Assembly (NCBI RefSeq): GCF_964213995.1
Contig: NW_027590141.1
Location: 1,302,001 to 1,366,000 of the forward strand
Direction: 5' to 3'
Source of the DNA: Mustelus asterias
Lineage: Eukaryota
Length of the DNA: 64,000 nucleotides
Shown: positions 62,358-64,000 of the stretch, piece by piece
Layout of the letters: each line of letters begins with the position of its first letter
Position numbering within the stretch: position 1 is the stretch's first letter
The notes under the pieces: generated by a model
Told to the model about the DNA's origin: nothing
The model's database searches: none
What the model saw: the letters and a program-made list of their open reading frames with translations, nothing else
Program-made: the position numbers and the translations under genes

Positions 62358-62505
62358 GAGAATAGAGCCAACATTTTGAGTCTGGATGACACTTCATAGG
62401 AGCTCTGATGAAGGGTCATCCAGACTTGAAACGTTGGCTCTATTCTCTCCCTACAGATGCTGTCAGATCTGCTGGGATTTTCCAGCATTTTCTGTTTTTG
62501 TTTTA
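62358..62505. mobile_element. Palindromic family-1 pLTR remnant with an intact hammerhead core (62400-62440)
   Basis: GAGCU-CUGAUGA-A-GGGUC-aucca-GACUU-GAAAC-GUU|GGCUC, preceded by an inverted copy centred on gagctc. Confidence 0.75.
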
Positions 62506-64000
62506 CTTTTATAATAAATGATTCGGTCTGATTGGAATCCCCACGATCCTCCCGCAAAACAGAGAGAAAGTGGTGGCAAAAGGAGAATAAGGATATGGAT
62601 GATAGAGTCCAGGTTCTGATTCTCCGAGCCCGTGTAGAATTAACAAACTGAGTGAACCAGTTTATAAAGAACAGAAATTACCCATCCCTAACAAAAACTG
62701 ATCAAATTAAAATAGGTTGAGAATATAACAAAAAAATTCATAGATGAAGTTTAAAATCAAGTTTCTTTTGTTGTTAGAGAGGGGATTTTTTACAGTAACT
62801 TCATTGCAGTGTTAATGTAAGCTTACTTGAGACTAATTATAAACTTTAAATTTTTTAAAGTTATTTTGTTAGAGGGGTTCAGAATACCTTGAGATTAAAA
62901 ACTAATAAAGGCTATTGAAACAGGGTGGACTGACTTAGACTAATGTAGAATAAGGACCACAATGTGCCTTATTTATATTATACAAAGGTACTGTCTGCAT
63001 AGAGACACATATAACCACTGGTAGAGAATTTAAACATGTATTTCAGATTTAAATATGTACTTTTTGTACTAAAATGTATACCTTGGCCAAACTGCAGACT
63101 GCCCTAAAGCATAATGGGATAAAAGCTGAGTGAGACAGGCCACATTCTTTCAGAACGGTGAAGCCACAGAACACAGTTTTTATCAGTATGAGTTATAAAA
63201 GTAAACGCTTCCCAGACATTAGAATGAATAGAATTATTCATTTTTTACTGATAAGGGATGGCTCAGCAGACAGTGGAAAGGAACTTTTGAACCCTATAAG
63301 CTCTGTAATAGAAGTTATCACAGAGTTACAGAATCCTACAGTGCAGAAGGAGGCCATTTGGCCCATCAAATCTGCACCAACCAGAATCCCACCCAGGCCC
63401 TATCCCCATTTACCCTAGCTAGTCCGCCTGACACTAAGGGGCAATTTAGCATGTCTAATCCACTTAACCGGCACATCTTTGGATTGTGGGAGAAAACCTG
63501 AGCACCCAGAGGAAAGCCACGCAGACACGGGGAGAATGTGCAAACTCCACACAGACAGTGACCCAAGCCGGGAATCGAACTCCGGTCCCTGACGCTGTGA
63601 GGCAGCAGTGCTAACCACTGTGCCACTGTGTCGCCCGTGCTGAGAGTCAGTTAGAAAGCAACCTTTGAACCCTCTGGACCTACGTAAGTGAATGTTGCAA
63701 AGTAACAGTGGGCAGGAACTTTCAGATTCTACAGACCAATGAATTCCCATTCTTCCAGAAGATAGGATGTTATTGGCCAAGGTAAATATTGTGCATGAAC
63801 ATGATTGGAGCATCCAGTTAGGATGGCAGAGTGGGAGGATGAAATGAACTTTCAAAATAGTATAACTACACGGCCAATGTATTGTAACTTTAGAAAGGAA
63901 TTGGACTACCCAGCTGCCTTTCTCAATAAGTAATGCCTTTAACCAGTATACTGTCTTTTGCAAATCTTTGTATTAACTGGGTTCAGCTCAATACTTAGCC

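Noticed and set aside
62000-64000. Possible retroviral leader/gag remnant
   Set aside because: No PBS, LTR pair or protein motif could be identified with confidence.

Overview
This is eukaryotic, transposon-dense DNA, most likely from a cartilaginous fish (shark): it carries many HE1/V-SINE-type SINEs, CR1 LINEs and Penelope-like elements. The backbone is a cluster of C2H2 zinc-finger genes with no recognisable effector domain (no KRAB, SCAN or BTB). Five have open arrays of 8-15 finger units in one coding exon, and at least four more are pseudogenes or fragments. CpG-rich promoter-like regions carry NRF1-, YY1- and CCAAT-like motifs, and there are two inverted segmental duplications. Other content: a near-full-length CR1 with both ORFs intact plus a seemingly identical 5'-truncated copy; Penelope elements with minimal hammerhead ribozymes; a Tx1-like L1 fragment with a 15-bp TSD; a decayed LTR-retroelement integrase followed by an env-like segment; an orphan TCR alpha/delta-type V pseudogene with its RSS; and an isolated 5' piece of RPL37A mRNA. 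The most interesting lead is a conserved N-terminal 'WKCxDCGKxFxYP' finger shared across the ZNF paralogues, which may be a constant module. All family assignments are by eye, and no database searches were run.
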